A stretch of 64,000 bases of DNA, from the NCBI GenBank assembly GCA_035714745.1, contig DASTLR010000007.1, forward strand, positions 6,205-70,204, written 5' to 3'. The stretch comes from Minisyncoccota bacterium (lineage in GTDB: Bacteria; Patescibacteriota; Minisyncoccia; Phycocordibacterales; UBA6065). The translations under genes were made by a program, and so were the position numbers. Position 1 is the first letter of the stretch; every line of letters begins with the position of its first letter. The notes below the pieces were generated by a model, which had not been told where the DNA came from, ran no database searches, and saw nothing but the letters and a program-made list of their open reading frames with translations. Positions 9,013-17,469 of this stretch are shown piece by piece.

Positions 9013-11151
9013 CTACAACGCCTTGCGCTTAAGCGCGATGGCGTTTATCGCAACAACTATCGTGCTTACCGACATGAGAACAGCCGCGATCGCCGGATCA
9101 AGCAAGATACCTTTGAATGCCAACGCCCCCGCCGCGAGAGGCAGGGCGAAGATATTGTATCCAGCTGCCCACCATAGATTTTGGATCATCTTCCTGTATG
9201 TCATCTTTGACAAATTGATGATCTTCACGATGTCTCTCGGATCATCCCTTACGAGAATGATTCCTGCTGATTCGATTGCAACATTGGTTCCCGCCCCTAT
9301 AGCTATACCGAGATCTGCTTGAGTAAGAGCTGGTGCATCGTTGATACCATCGCCAACCATAGCGACCTTTAGATTTCTCTCTTGGAGCTCTTTTACCTTC
9401 TCAGACTTTTGATGAGGAAGCACTCGAGCGAAATATTCGTCGATCCCCAGCTCTTTACTCACCCATTCTGCGACGTCATGTGAGTCACCGGTGATCATGG
9501 CGGTTTGTACTCCTATTTTCTTGAGAGATTTTATCGTCTCAGATGATTCCTCTCGGATTATATCTGCAAGCGCGATCGCGCCGAGTAACACGCCGTCGCG
9601 AAGGACAAAAACAATGGTTTGTCCTTTTTTGCCCGCGGACTCCAACTTACCTGTCAGTGAATTGGGAAGGTTTATGCGTAGGTTCTCAAGCAGAGCTGGA
9701 CCTCCCACCATGACTTCCTTACCGTCGACATACGCCTTTACACCCTTACCCTTTAATGCCTCGAACTTCTTCGGTTCGAGAAGGGCAATTCTTCGCTCTT
9801 TCGCCTTTGCCACTATTCCTTTTGCAATTGGATGTTCAGAAAGAGAGTCAAGGGAAGCTGCGAGATTCAACACCTCGTCAGTGTCAGTAGTACCCACATT
9901 CCAAATATCGACTACTCCGAACCGTCCCTCAGTAAGAGTGCCGGTCTTGTCGAAAAGAACTATGTCAACAGTCCGCGCAGCTTCAAGCGCCAGCCTCTGC
10001 TTTACAAGAAAGCCATTGTGGGCGGCCTTGGTGGTCGAAATCGATGCGACCAGCGGCACAGCGAGTCCGAGCGCATGAGGACAAGCGATAACAAGAACAG
10101 CGACCAGACGTGCCATAGCAAACGCCACTTCCGCACCCGCGAAGATCCATGAGACAAAAGTAATCAAACCTCCAATAACAGCAACGAGAGTGAGATAAAA
10201 GGCGGCTCTATCGGAAAGCATCTGAAGCCTCGATTTGGAGGCCTGGGCTTCGGCTACGAGACGCATGACGCCCGCTAGAAAGGTCTTATCGCCAATATTG
10301 TCGACCTCGACGCGAAGTGCTCCGTCTCCGTTTATCGTACCCGCAATAACACTGTCATTGACTCTTTTCGAGACAGGCTTTGATTCGCCGGTTACCATCG
10401 ATTCATTCACATCTGATTCACCCTCCAAGATTTTGCCGTCAGCAGGTATTTTGCCTCCAGGTCGGACAAGCACCAGATCTTTCTCTCTAAGTTCAGAAAG
10501 AGAAATAGAGATTGTCTGACCATCACGCAAGACTTCGGCGGTGTCAGGCAAGAGCTTCGATAACTCCTTCAAAGCGCCTTGAGCGCCAGAAACCGCTCGC
10601 ATTTCGAGCCAATGCCCGAGAAGCATGATCGTAATGAGGGTTGTAAGCTCCCAAAACAATGCCTCTTTGCCCGCCAGTACCGCATATACGCTCCAAACAT
10701 AAGCGGCTGATATTGCGATCGCGATGAGCGTCATCATCCCCGGAAGACGACCCTTGATTTCTCTCCACGCGCTCGCGATAAAGACCCACCCACCGTAAAA
10801 GAAAACGAGCGTTCCGAGCACAAGCGGCATGTACTCTATTCCGCGAAACCCTGGCAACGTCCATCCGAACAAAGTCTTGAGGACATCAGCATATATCACA
10901 ACAGGAAGAGTAAGAATGAGACTCACCCAAAACTTTTTCAAAAATACTGATGTGCTGTGACCCGCATGTTTATCATGGTCCATGTGACCTCCTGAGTCCT
11001 TCTTCTTTGAAGACACGGGCAACAATCTCATACCGCATTCAGGACATATCCCCGGCGTCTTCTGAATGATTTTAGGATGCATCAGACACGAGTATACAGA
11101 CCCCTCTTGGAGCGTTGTCTGATGATCTGAATGAGTATGATCTTGCTTCAT
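9013..11151 (-). CDS. copA: heavy-metal (copper) translocating P1B-type ATPase
   Basis: The N-terminal metal-binding motifs (CLMHP...CPECGM), the transmembrane CPH motif, the DKTGTLT phosphorylation site and the GDGINDAP hinge are all present. Confidence 0.92.
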   Translation of the reverse strand: MKQDHTHSDHQTTLQEGSVYSCLMHPKIIQKTPGICPECGMRLLPVSSKKKDSGGHMDHDKHAGHSTSVFLKKFWVSLILTLPVVIYADVLKTLFGWTLPGFRGIEYMPLVLGTLVFFYGGWVFIASAWREIKGRLPGMMTLIAIAISAAYVWSVYAVLAGKEALFWELTTLITIMLLGHWLEMRAVSGAQGALKELSKLLPDTAEVLRDGQTISISLSELREKDLVLVRPGGKIPADGKILEGESDVNESMVTGESKPVSKRVNDSVIAGTINGDGALRVEVDNIGDKTFLAGVMRLVAEAQASKSRLQMLSDRAAFYLTLVAVIGGLITFVSWIFAGAEVAFAMARLVAVLVIACPHALGLAVPLVASISTTKAAHNGFLVKQRLALEAARTVDIVLFDKTGTLTEGRFGVVDIWNVGTTDTDEVLNLAASLDSLSEHPIAKGIVAKAKERRIALLEPKKFEALKGKGVKAYVDGKEVMVGGPALLENLRINLPNSLTGKLESAGKKGQTIVFVLRDGVLLGAIALADIIREESSETIKSLKKIGVQTAMITGDSHDVAEWVSKELGIDEYFARVLPHQKSEKVKELQERNLKVAMVGDGINDAPALTQADLGIAIGAGTNVAIESAGIILVRDDPRDIVKIINLSKMTYRKMIQNLWWAAGYNIFALPLAAGALAFKGILLDPAIAAVLMSVSTIVVAINAIALKRKAL

Positions 11152-11421
11152 TTAGTTACTCTTCAAGCTTGAGTTATGCATCCATACATAATACGCGCCG
11201 AAGATCCAAGCGAAGATGAGCATATACACTGCTCCAAGAGCCATGCTCCACGGATTGCCCCACACAAAACCAGGCAGAGTCTCAAACAATGCATGATGCA
11301 GATCCTGACCGACAGATGTTCTGCCAAGAGGGAGATATCCTCCGACAAGGCAAATCAAATATGCGACCTCTAATCCGAGCACGCACTTCCAAGCGTATGA
11401 CTTTAAAGCTAGTTTTTCCAT
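11152..11421 (-). CDS. small membrane protein (DUF-like) in copA operon
   Basis: Three hydrophobic helices. It lies between csoR and copA on the same strand. Confidence 0.4.
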   Translation of the reverse strand: MEKLALKSYAWKCVLGLEVAYLICLVGGYLPLGRTSVGQDLHHALFETLPGFVWGNPWSMALGAVYMLIFAWIFGAYYVWMHNSSLKSN

Positions 11422-11435
11422 AAAATTAAATAATA

Positions 11436-11705
11436 TTATCTCCTTCGAGATATCCTATAGACTGACAGCATTTCTTTAGTCGCCTTATCGTCTTCGCCCT
11501 TTCTCATCTGATCGGCCACATGTGTTTTCAGATGATGCTCGAGAACAAGGTTCTCAAAGCCTGAAAGAGCCTCCTTAACGGCGGCAGACTGGTTGATAAT
11601 GTCTATGCAGTATTTACCGTCTAAAAGCATTTTCTCGAGGCCGCTAATTTGCCCAGCCGCGATCCTAAGCCTTCTAACAGCATTTTTCAGGTAATCGCTT
11701 TCCAT
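11436..11705 (-). CDS. csoR: CsoR/RcnR-family copper-sensing repressor
   Basis: RLRIAAGQISGLEKML...YCIDIINQSAAV...LEHHLKTH matches the CsoR four-helix bundle, including the Cu ligands Cys and His-x-x-x-His. Confidence 0.85.
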   Translation of the reverse strand: MESDYLKNAVRRLRIAAGQISGLEKMLLDGKYCIDIINQSAAVKEALSGFENLVLEHHLKTHVADQMRKGEDDKATKEMLSVYRISRRR

Positions 11706-11712
11706 AGCTTAA

Positions 11713-11733
11713 GTATACCCCTAGGGGGTATAC
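11713..11733. promoter_or_regulatory. CsoR-type operator: perfect palindrome GTATACCCC-TAG-GGGGTATAC
   Basis: Nine-bp perfect inverted repeat around TAG, immediately upstream of the csoR start. It resembles the known GC-tract CsoR operators (TACCCnnnGGGGTA). Confidence 0.6.
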
Positions 11734-11770
11734 CCGCAAGAGCGTCGGTGGATAACTTTTATGGATCTAC

Positions 11771-13054
11771 TTAATTCAAAACGGTGATCTTCTTGTTCCT
11801 AAGAACAATCTTTGATTTAAAACATGTTAGTAAATCTCTCTTTTCAAAAATGTTACCCTCTTTTATTAAATACTTCGCGTAGTTCCTTATATCGATATCT
11901 TTGACTGAATAATCACATGTTTCTCCACCAAGAATTCCGATGCTAAATTTTTTATGCCTTTCGATTTCCTGATGAAGCTTCTTCCGCAACCCGGATTGGT
12001 CAAGATCTATCTTTTCAGTAAATTCGAGTAGTTGTTTTACGAGATCACCCTCTTCGAGATACCCGTTCTTGCAATGCGTATCTCTAATTTTCGTGCATCC
12101 GTAATAAATGTATTTTTTAACAGACCCATCGGCAAGATTCTTGAACTTCTCTTGAGCGGTAATACCTGATCCGCAAAGACCGCATGTCATGAGTTTCGTG
12201 AAAGCAAATTCTTTATTCGTCTCTTTACTCTTTCGCTGGCATCTCAGTTGATTCTGAACTTGGTCAAAAAGCTCCTTAGAGATGAGCGGGGTGTGTTTGC
12301 CTTGGTAGAACTTTGCGCTGTTCTTGGGATATTCAAAAGTGCCGTAATAGAAATGATTGTGGAGGATAATGAAAATATTGCTTAGCGTGAGAGGCTTTCC
12401 GCTCCGAGCAGTGAATTCCCGGTCTTTGAGCCACTGATACACTTTCTTTCCGCCCCAACCCTCATAGCCTACTTTCTCAAATACTTGTTTGATGATCGGG
12501 GCGCGAATCGGATCTATGTGGACCACGCAAACCTCATTCACGTTCGAACTATTCACGTATCCAGTAGGCGCAGGAGCAGGCCATAGGCCCATTTCGCACC
12601 TCGTCCTCAGTCCCCGCTTCACGTTCACGCTCTTATTGTCGTTCTCGAGCTTCGCCTGCGAGCAAAGAATCATGAGGAGGAACTTGTCATTCGGGTTGTT
12701 TGTGAACTTCTGCCCATATGTCCGTATCTCGGCGAGTAATTTCTGATCCATGAGATCCACGACCGAACCGAGGTCTCCTGCGTTTCGGGATAATCGGTCT
12801 GGATGCCAGACGAGAATGCCGTCGTACTTCTTCTCTCGTATCTCGTCGAGGAGCTTCTTGAACTCCTCTCGCTGTCCCGAAGCTTTTGCTGAATGCGCTT
12901 CCCTTTTTATATCGACTATCTCTAGCCCCTCCCGCTCCGCGATCTTCTTCATCTCGTTTACCTGCGATTCGATCGACAGAGCCTGCTTCTCCTCTTGTTC
13001 GGTAGACTTGCGGGCGTACAGGCAATATCGGACCTTGGTTGCTTGTTGTTCCAT
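11771..13054 (-). CDS. large serine recombinase (resolvase/integrase family)
   Basis: The N-terminal catalytic motif YARKSTEQEEKQALSIESQ (Ser nucleophile), a recombinase domain, and the C-terminal zinc ribbon CGLCGS...YYGC are present. Confidence 0.88.
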   Translation of the reverse strand: MEQQATKVRYCLYARKSTEQEEKQALSIESQVNEMKKIAEREGLEIVDIKREAHSAKASGQREEFKKLLDEIREKKYDGILVWHPDRLSRNAGDLGSVVDLMDQKLLAEIRTYGQKFTNNPNDKFLLMILCSQAKLENDNKSVNVKRGLRTRCEMGLWPAPAPTGYVNSSNVNEVCVVHIDPIRAPIIKQVFEKVGYEGWGGKKVYQWLKDREFTARSGKPLTLSNIFIILHNHFYYGTFEYPKNSAKFYQGKHTPLISKELFDQVQNQLRCQRKSKETNKEFAFTKLMTCGLCGSGITAQEKFKNLADGSVKKYIYYGCTKIRDTHCKNGYLEEGDLVKQLLEFTEKIDLDQSGLRKKLHQEIERHKKFSIGILGGETCDYSVKDIDIRNYAKYLIKEGNIFEKRDLLTCFKSKIVLRNKKITVLN

Positions 13055-13380
13055 ACATCCATTGATGACAGAACCATCGGTTTTGCTAAGCCCGAGGCAT
13101 TGGCATCATGTTGACAGCACTAGGTTAAAATCGCTTAACAAAAGGGTCTTTTAGCGATAATATGATGTCGTCAGTAACAACATAGTTACCTAACCCCGTA
13201 TGGCGACATGCGGGCACGGTACGAATACAGTTAGTCACAAGACGATAAAGAACCCATCATCAGGGGTCACGTCTTGTGCTATTTCAGGGAAACCTGCGAT
13301 ATGAGCTTCGGCTCTACCTGGTGGTGGGCTTTTTGTATTTACAGAGCGCCACTGGATTTATCAGAGATCTGAAATAAACA

Positions 13381-13755
13381 ATGGCGAAAATTCTCATATG
13401 TACCCAATGCGGCCACGTCGGAAAACCCGTGTACGCCACGAAAGGAAGCTTCGGCATCGAGATGCTTTTATGGCTCTTCTTCCTCGTACCGGGCCTCATC
13501 TACTCGATATGGAGGCTATCCTCTAAGACGAACGTCTGCGAGCAATGCAAGAGTCCGTCGCTCATACCAGTAACCTCCCCGAATGCGAAGAGTATATTTG
13601 AGAGCACGGGTCAGAACCAGGCAGAATATTTAGATACCGCAAAAAGTCTTGATGCCATCAACGCCAAGAGGGCAAAAACCAGAAAGATCGTCATACTTGT
13701 ACTCATAGCGGTCTTCATCGGGAACATAGTGATCATGTCGGCCATACTGTCTTAA
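13381..13755 (+). CDS. zinc-ribbon (CxxC...CxxC) membrane protein
   Basis: CTQCGH and CEQCKS motifs flank a TM helix. A second C-terminal TM helix follows. Confidence 0.4.
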   Translation: MAKILICTQCGHVGKPVYATKGSFGIEMLLWLFFLVPGLIYSIWRLSSKTNVCEQCKSPSLIPVTSPNAKSIFESTGQNQAEYLDTAKSLDAINAKRAKTRKIVILVLIAVFIGNIVIMSAILS

Positions 13756-13764
13756 ATCATTCCT

Positions 13765-14460
13765 ATGTTCACCTCGCTCAAACTTTTCTTAATACAGGCG
13801 CTCGTCGCCGTAGGAATCATGTCCCCCGCCACCACTACGTCCATTGCGCCCACACCGATCGTAGAACCTCAAGCAATCATCGAAACGATTGCGGAAACCC
13901 CTACGGCCACTACCACGACTATAGAAACTTCTCGTGTCGAAGAAAGACCTGTTACGACTAAGCCTGTCCAGGCTCAGACCTCTGCGCCCGCGGTGAAATC
14001 AAACAACGATGTCCTCATCGTCGTGGAAGAACCCGCACCAACGAAGGTTGATCCGGTCGTGTACGCAAAGCCCGTGAACGGCTCATGCGGGGATGTCGCC
14101 AACAGGAAATTAACGCAAGCGCCGACCGAGTCTCTCTGCACTACAGGAGATCCGACTTCGGTCGAGGAGAAGGACAATACCTACAGCTGGACATGCATGG
14201 GCAAAAACGGCGGCTGGAACGCATCGACATGCCAAGCGTACAAGACCGAGGACGGCGTATGCGGAAGCCTAGCGAACAGCATCGTTCCTCCAAAGTTCAA
14301 CGGCTTCACCAAGGACAAGCTCTGCACGGTCGGGTTCGAGACTATGGTCACGACCGTGGGACAACAGCTGAGCTGGCAGTGTGGCGGCTGGTTCGGCGGG
14401 AAGAACGCAATGTGCTACGCGATTCAGGCGGTAGATCCGAACTCGGTCAGGAGTTACTAG
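13765..14460 (+). CDS. secreted Cys-rich protein with two tandem ~55-aa repeats
   Basis: Signal peptide, then a Thr/Pro-rich linker, then two copies of a four-Cys unit (G-CG...C...W-C...C). Confidence 0.45.
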   Translation: MFTSLKLFLIQALVAVGIMSPATTTSIAPTPIVEPQAIIETIAETPTATTTTIETSRVEERPVTTKPVQAQTSAPAVKSNNDVLIVVEEPAPTKVDPVVYAKPVNGSCGDVANRKLTQAPTESLCTTGDPTSVEEKDNTYSWTCMGKNGGWNASTCQAYKTEDGVCGSLANSIVPPKFNGFTKDKLCTVGFETMVTTVGQQLSWQCGGWFGGKNAMCYAIQAVDPNSVRSY

Positions 14461-14906
14461 GCCCCGTCCTCCGATGAAGACCCCTTGGCTTTCATGCGTT
14501 CCGCATCCTTAACTTTCCGCTTCCTCTCGGCCTCCCATTCATTCACCCATTCTCTAACCTTCGCCTCCGCCTCCCTTCTCTTTCTCGCGGTACGAATCGG
14601 ATCCTCTTCCTGCTCCTGAGCAAATCCTCTCGCGTACCACGGCGATTGCTTGAATTTAGGATGCCTGCGACTAAGCCAATACTGAATGGCCTTCCAATCG
14701 CCCTGCTCCACTTTCTTGAATGCGCCCATTTCAGCCACGTCATTCAAAACTTCATCGCCAGACAAAATAGCTGCGTCGGCGAGTATTGCGAACCATTCCT
14801 CATGCGCCCTCCACCGATAATAGGTCTGTCGAGATATTCCGTGCTTCTTGCACGCGTAAGAAACGATGGAAACCTCTGACAGCGTTTCGAGGAATTTTTC
14901 TTGCAT
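14457..14906 (-). CDS. HTH DNA-binding protein, terminase-small-subunit-like
   Basis: HGISRQTYYRWRAHEEW helix-turn-helix and a charged C-terminal tail. A strong SD sequence (GGGAGGAGG) directly precedes the ATG at 14906. The gene overlaps the upstream MTase gene stop. Confidence 0.5.
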   Translation of the reverse strand: MQEKFLETLSEVSIVSYACKKHGISRQTYYRWRAHEEWFAILADAAILSGDEVLNDVAEMGAFKKVEQGDWKAIQYWLSRRHPKFKQSPWYARGFAQEQEEDPIRTARKRREAEAKVREWVNEWEAERKRKVKDAERMKAKGSSSEDGA

Positions 14907-14917
14907 CCTCCTCCCTT

Positions 14918-16198
14918 TCATTGGTGTATAATTTTTACCTTAAGACCCGTCAGCTTCTCCCAGCGACGGATGATGAGGTCGCAGAACCTCGGCTCAAGCT
15001 CGCATCCGTAGACCCTTCGACCGAGGGATTCGGCGGCAATAAGCGTGCTTCCCGATCCGAGGAAGCTATCGAGGATTATGTCGTTCTGTTTCGTGCACCT
15101 CTTTATCGCCTTCTCGTGGAGCTGTGGCGGCTTCGAGGTTGCGTGCTCATAGCTCCTTGCAGATAGGCGCTTGGCCGTCCACACATCGAACATGCCGTCC
15201 ACTTTCTCTATGAGGTCGTTACCCGTACCCAGCTCCTTATTCATCACTTCGTTGAGATCGGTGATCGATTCGGCGATGTACGGCCTCCCTCTCGTCCCAT
15301 ATACAGCGGGCTCATACGCCTTGTTGAAGGCGACGGTCGGCACGGGATTGAGCGCGTTCTTGAGCCAGAGGCACACGCGCCTGTTCGTGATATCCAGAGT
15401 GCGGTAGAGCTCTTGGACCACGCCAATATAGATCTGATCGCACCAGTAGAAGACGTGCGCGTCTTTGCCGAGATAAAGCAAAGCACACTCCATACTCTTC
15501 TTTAGGAATTCTTTATATTCTCCGAACGAGCGCGAATCGTTCACGTCGCCTCCATACGACTTCTCCCCTCCTATACCTCCGTTATAGTCCACGTCTATGT
15601 TGTAGACGGGATCAGAATAGATCATCGAGGCTCGGTCTTTTCCGAACAGACGCTCCAAAGTCTCCGTCTTCGTCGAGTCGCCACAAATAACCCGATGCTT
15701 TCCAAGAAAAATGATATCGCCAAGCCTCGTCTTCGGCTCCTCTATCTTCTCAAGCTCTGCTTCGACATCGAAATCCTCCTCTTTCACCTCCCTATCCTCG
15801 TCGAATATCTTAGAGAGCTCAATATCGTCAAAGCCTGCGAATTCGAGGGTTTCCAAGTCGAAGGACTTGAGCAGGTCGAAGTCCCAATCACCACCGATCT
15901 TGTTAGAGGCGATGAGATATTCCTTAGACTCTTGCTCAGTGAGCTTCCTGTTCGGAACCCGAACATCGATCAGCTCATCTCCCCTGCCAAGGATTTGGAG
16001 GGCCTTGATGCGCTGGTGGCCAGCCAGTATAGCGCCATTGGTATCGATGGCGGGAATTTCGACGAGATTGTACTTCTTGAGGCTCCTCTTGAGGTCCGAC
16101 ATCTGCTTGTCGGATATCTTGCGAGGGTTGATCTCCTGAGGGATAAGATCGTCCACCTTTCTCTGGACCGTGGTCCATGTGAGCTTCGTGTTTTTCAT
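14918..16198 (-). CDS. ParB-like nuclease domain fused to DNA methyltransferase (N6-A/N4-C class, beta architecture)
   Basis: N-terminal ParB/Srx-like motif (AILAGHQRIKA). The MTase motif IV (SDPVYN) precedes motif I (FLGSGST) near the C-terminus. Confidence 0.75.
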   Translation of the reverse strand: MKNTKLTWTTVQRKVDDLIPQEINPRKISDKQMSDLKRSLKKYNLVEIPAIDTNGAILAGHQRIKALQILGRGDELIDVRVPNRKLTEQESKEYLIASNKIGGDWDFDLLKSFDLETLEFAGFDDIELSKIFDEDREVKEEDFDVEAELEKIEEPKTRLGDIIFLGKHRVICGDSTKTETLERLFGKDRASMIYSDPVYNIDVDYNGGIGGEKSYGGDVNDSRSFGEYKEFLKKSMECALLYLGKDAHVFYWCDQIYIGVVQELYRTLDITNRRVCLWLKNALNPVPTVAFNKAYEPAVYGTRGRPYIAESITDLNEVMNKELGTGNDLIEKVDGMFDVWTAKRLSARSYEHATSKPPQLHEKAIKRCTKQNDIILDSFLGSGSTLIAAESLGRRVYGCELEPRFCDLIIRRWEKLTGLKVKIIHQ

Positions 16199-16355
16199 TG
16201 TGTCACGTGCGCTAGCGAATAAATAGACAGAGGAATCACAAAAGCCTGACTTCATACGAAGGCTCAGCGCACCAAAATCTGATGCACTCAGGCTTTATAT
16301 GAGGTCAGGCGGGTTAAATATGTCTATTTAAGCGGCACCAACACTCTATGTTTCC

Positions 16356-16712
16356 CTAGATAAGGAGACCTGCTCGTTTGAGCTCGCTCAGGCTGGCCTC
16401 TCGGTACGTCTTGCCACCGAGCGTCATTCGATCGGTCGTATCGAGTAGAGATTCAAGCTCTGAATCGGAGCTGTCAGGAAAATATATACCATTTATAGAT
16501 ATCTCCCCTTTCACGATCTTCTGCTTGAGATAAGGAGGGATGCGGAAATCGACCCGCACACTCCCGTCCGATCCGTCCAGACGAGCGTTCACCTTCTCTA
16601 GAAATATATTCTGTCGCTTGGAGGGGTCCCAGTTCTTCTCGTCGCGATTCCTGAGCTTCCTATTCGGGAAGCTTATGGAAACCGCTTTGGAATCCCTGAT
16701 TTCCGCCTCCAT
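16356..16712 (-). CDS. hypothetical protein (divergent from LexA-like gene)
   Basis: ORF only. No domain recognised. Confidence 0.35.
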   Translation of the reverse strand: MEAEIRDSKAVSISFPNRKLRNRDEKNWDPSKRQNIFLEKVNARLDGSDGSVRVDFRIPPYLKQKIVKGEISINGIYFPDSSDSELESLLDTTDRMTLGGKTYREASLSELKRAGLLI

Positions 16713-16736
16713 GACAAAATCGTAGCATTCTCATTA

Positions 16737-16768
16737 TGTGTGTACAATGTGTATAACCTGTGTACAAC
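16737..16768. promoter_or_regulatory. three tandem TGTGTA(C/T)AA repeats (putative operator) in divergent promoter region
   Basis: TGTGTACAA at 16739 and 16759, and TGTGTATAA at 16748. Each has a TGTACA palindromic core. The repeats lie 50-80 bp upstream of the LexA-like gene. Confidence 0.5.
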
Positions 16769-16820
16769 ATTTCTCGCGAAATGTCTTGCATGAGTAAAGT
16801 AGAAGAGGTAGGATTGGGTC

Positions 16821-17462
16821 ATGCATCAGATACAGAAAAAGCTCATAGAGCTCATCAGCAACCGCGAAGACGCAGGTTCGCTTAGCCTCAGGAAGATGGC
16901 GGAGATTGTCGGCGTACCAAATCGGCCCCAGACCATCAAACACCACCTCCAACAGCTCGAGAAGAACGGGCTGATCCAAATGAACCTTGAGGAGAAGTTC
17001 CTTAAGCTCGTGAAGAAAGGCTACAACAAGCCCGTAGCGAGCCCGCTCTATTCCCTGCCCGTCGTAGGCATGGCGAACTGCGGACCAGCCGCCGACATAG
17101 CCGAAGAGAACGTGAGCCAGTACCTCAAAGTATCGTCGAGGATGCTCCCCCGCAACAAGGAGAGGCTCTACGCCCTCATCGCGGACGGCCAGTCCATGAA
17201 CAAGGCGAAGATAGACGGCAAGACGATAGAGGACGGTGACTTTGTTCTCGTGGACGGAAATTGCAAGACGTTTAAGAACGGCGACATTGTAGTTGCGGTC
17301 ATCGACGGCATGGCGACCATCAAAAAGTATAGGTTCAACAAAGGGGATGAGACCATCGTTCTCGAGGCGGATTCAACGGAGAAGTACCTCCCCATCTTTC
17401 TCCATGAGGGCGACGACTTCCTCCTGAACGGGAAGGTTATCGGCATTATCAAAGCTAAGTAA
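16821..17462 (+). CDS. LexA/CI-like repressor (wHTH + S24 self-cleaving peptidase)
   Basis: N-terminal winged HTH. The C-terminal ADGQSMNKA...GDFVLVD...K fits the Ser/Lys dyad fold of S24 peptidases. Confidence 0.8.
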   Translation: MHQIQKKLIELISNREDAGSLSLRKMAEIVGVPNRPQTIKHHLQQLEKNGLIQMNLEEKFLKLVKKGYNKPVASPLYSLPVVGMANCGPAADIAEENVSQYLKVSSRMLPRNKERLYALIADGQSMNKAKIDGKTIEDGDFVLVDGNCKTFKNGDIVVAVIDGMATIKKYRFNKGDETIVLEADSTEKYLPIFLHEGDDFLLNGKVIGIIKAK

Positions 17463-17469
17463 TTACAAC

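Noticed and set aside
16734-16979. 81-aa minus-strand ORF overlapping the LexA-like gene start
   Set aside because: It lies antisense to and inside the promoter and 5' end of a well-supported gene. It has no ribosome-binding site and no domain. It is likely spurious.
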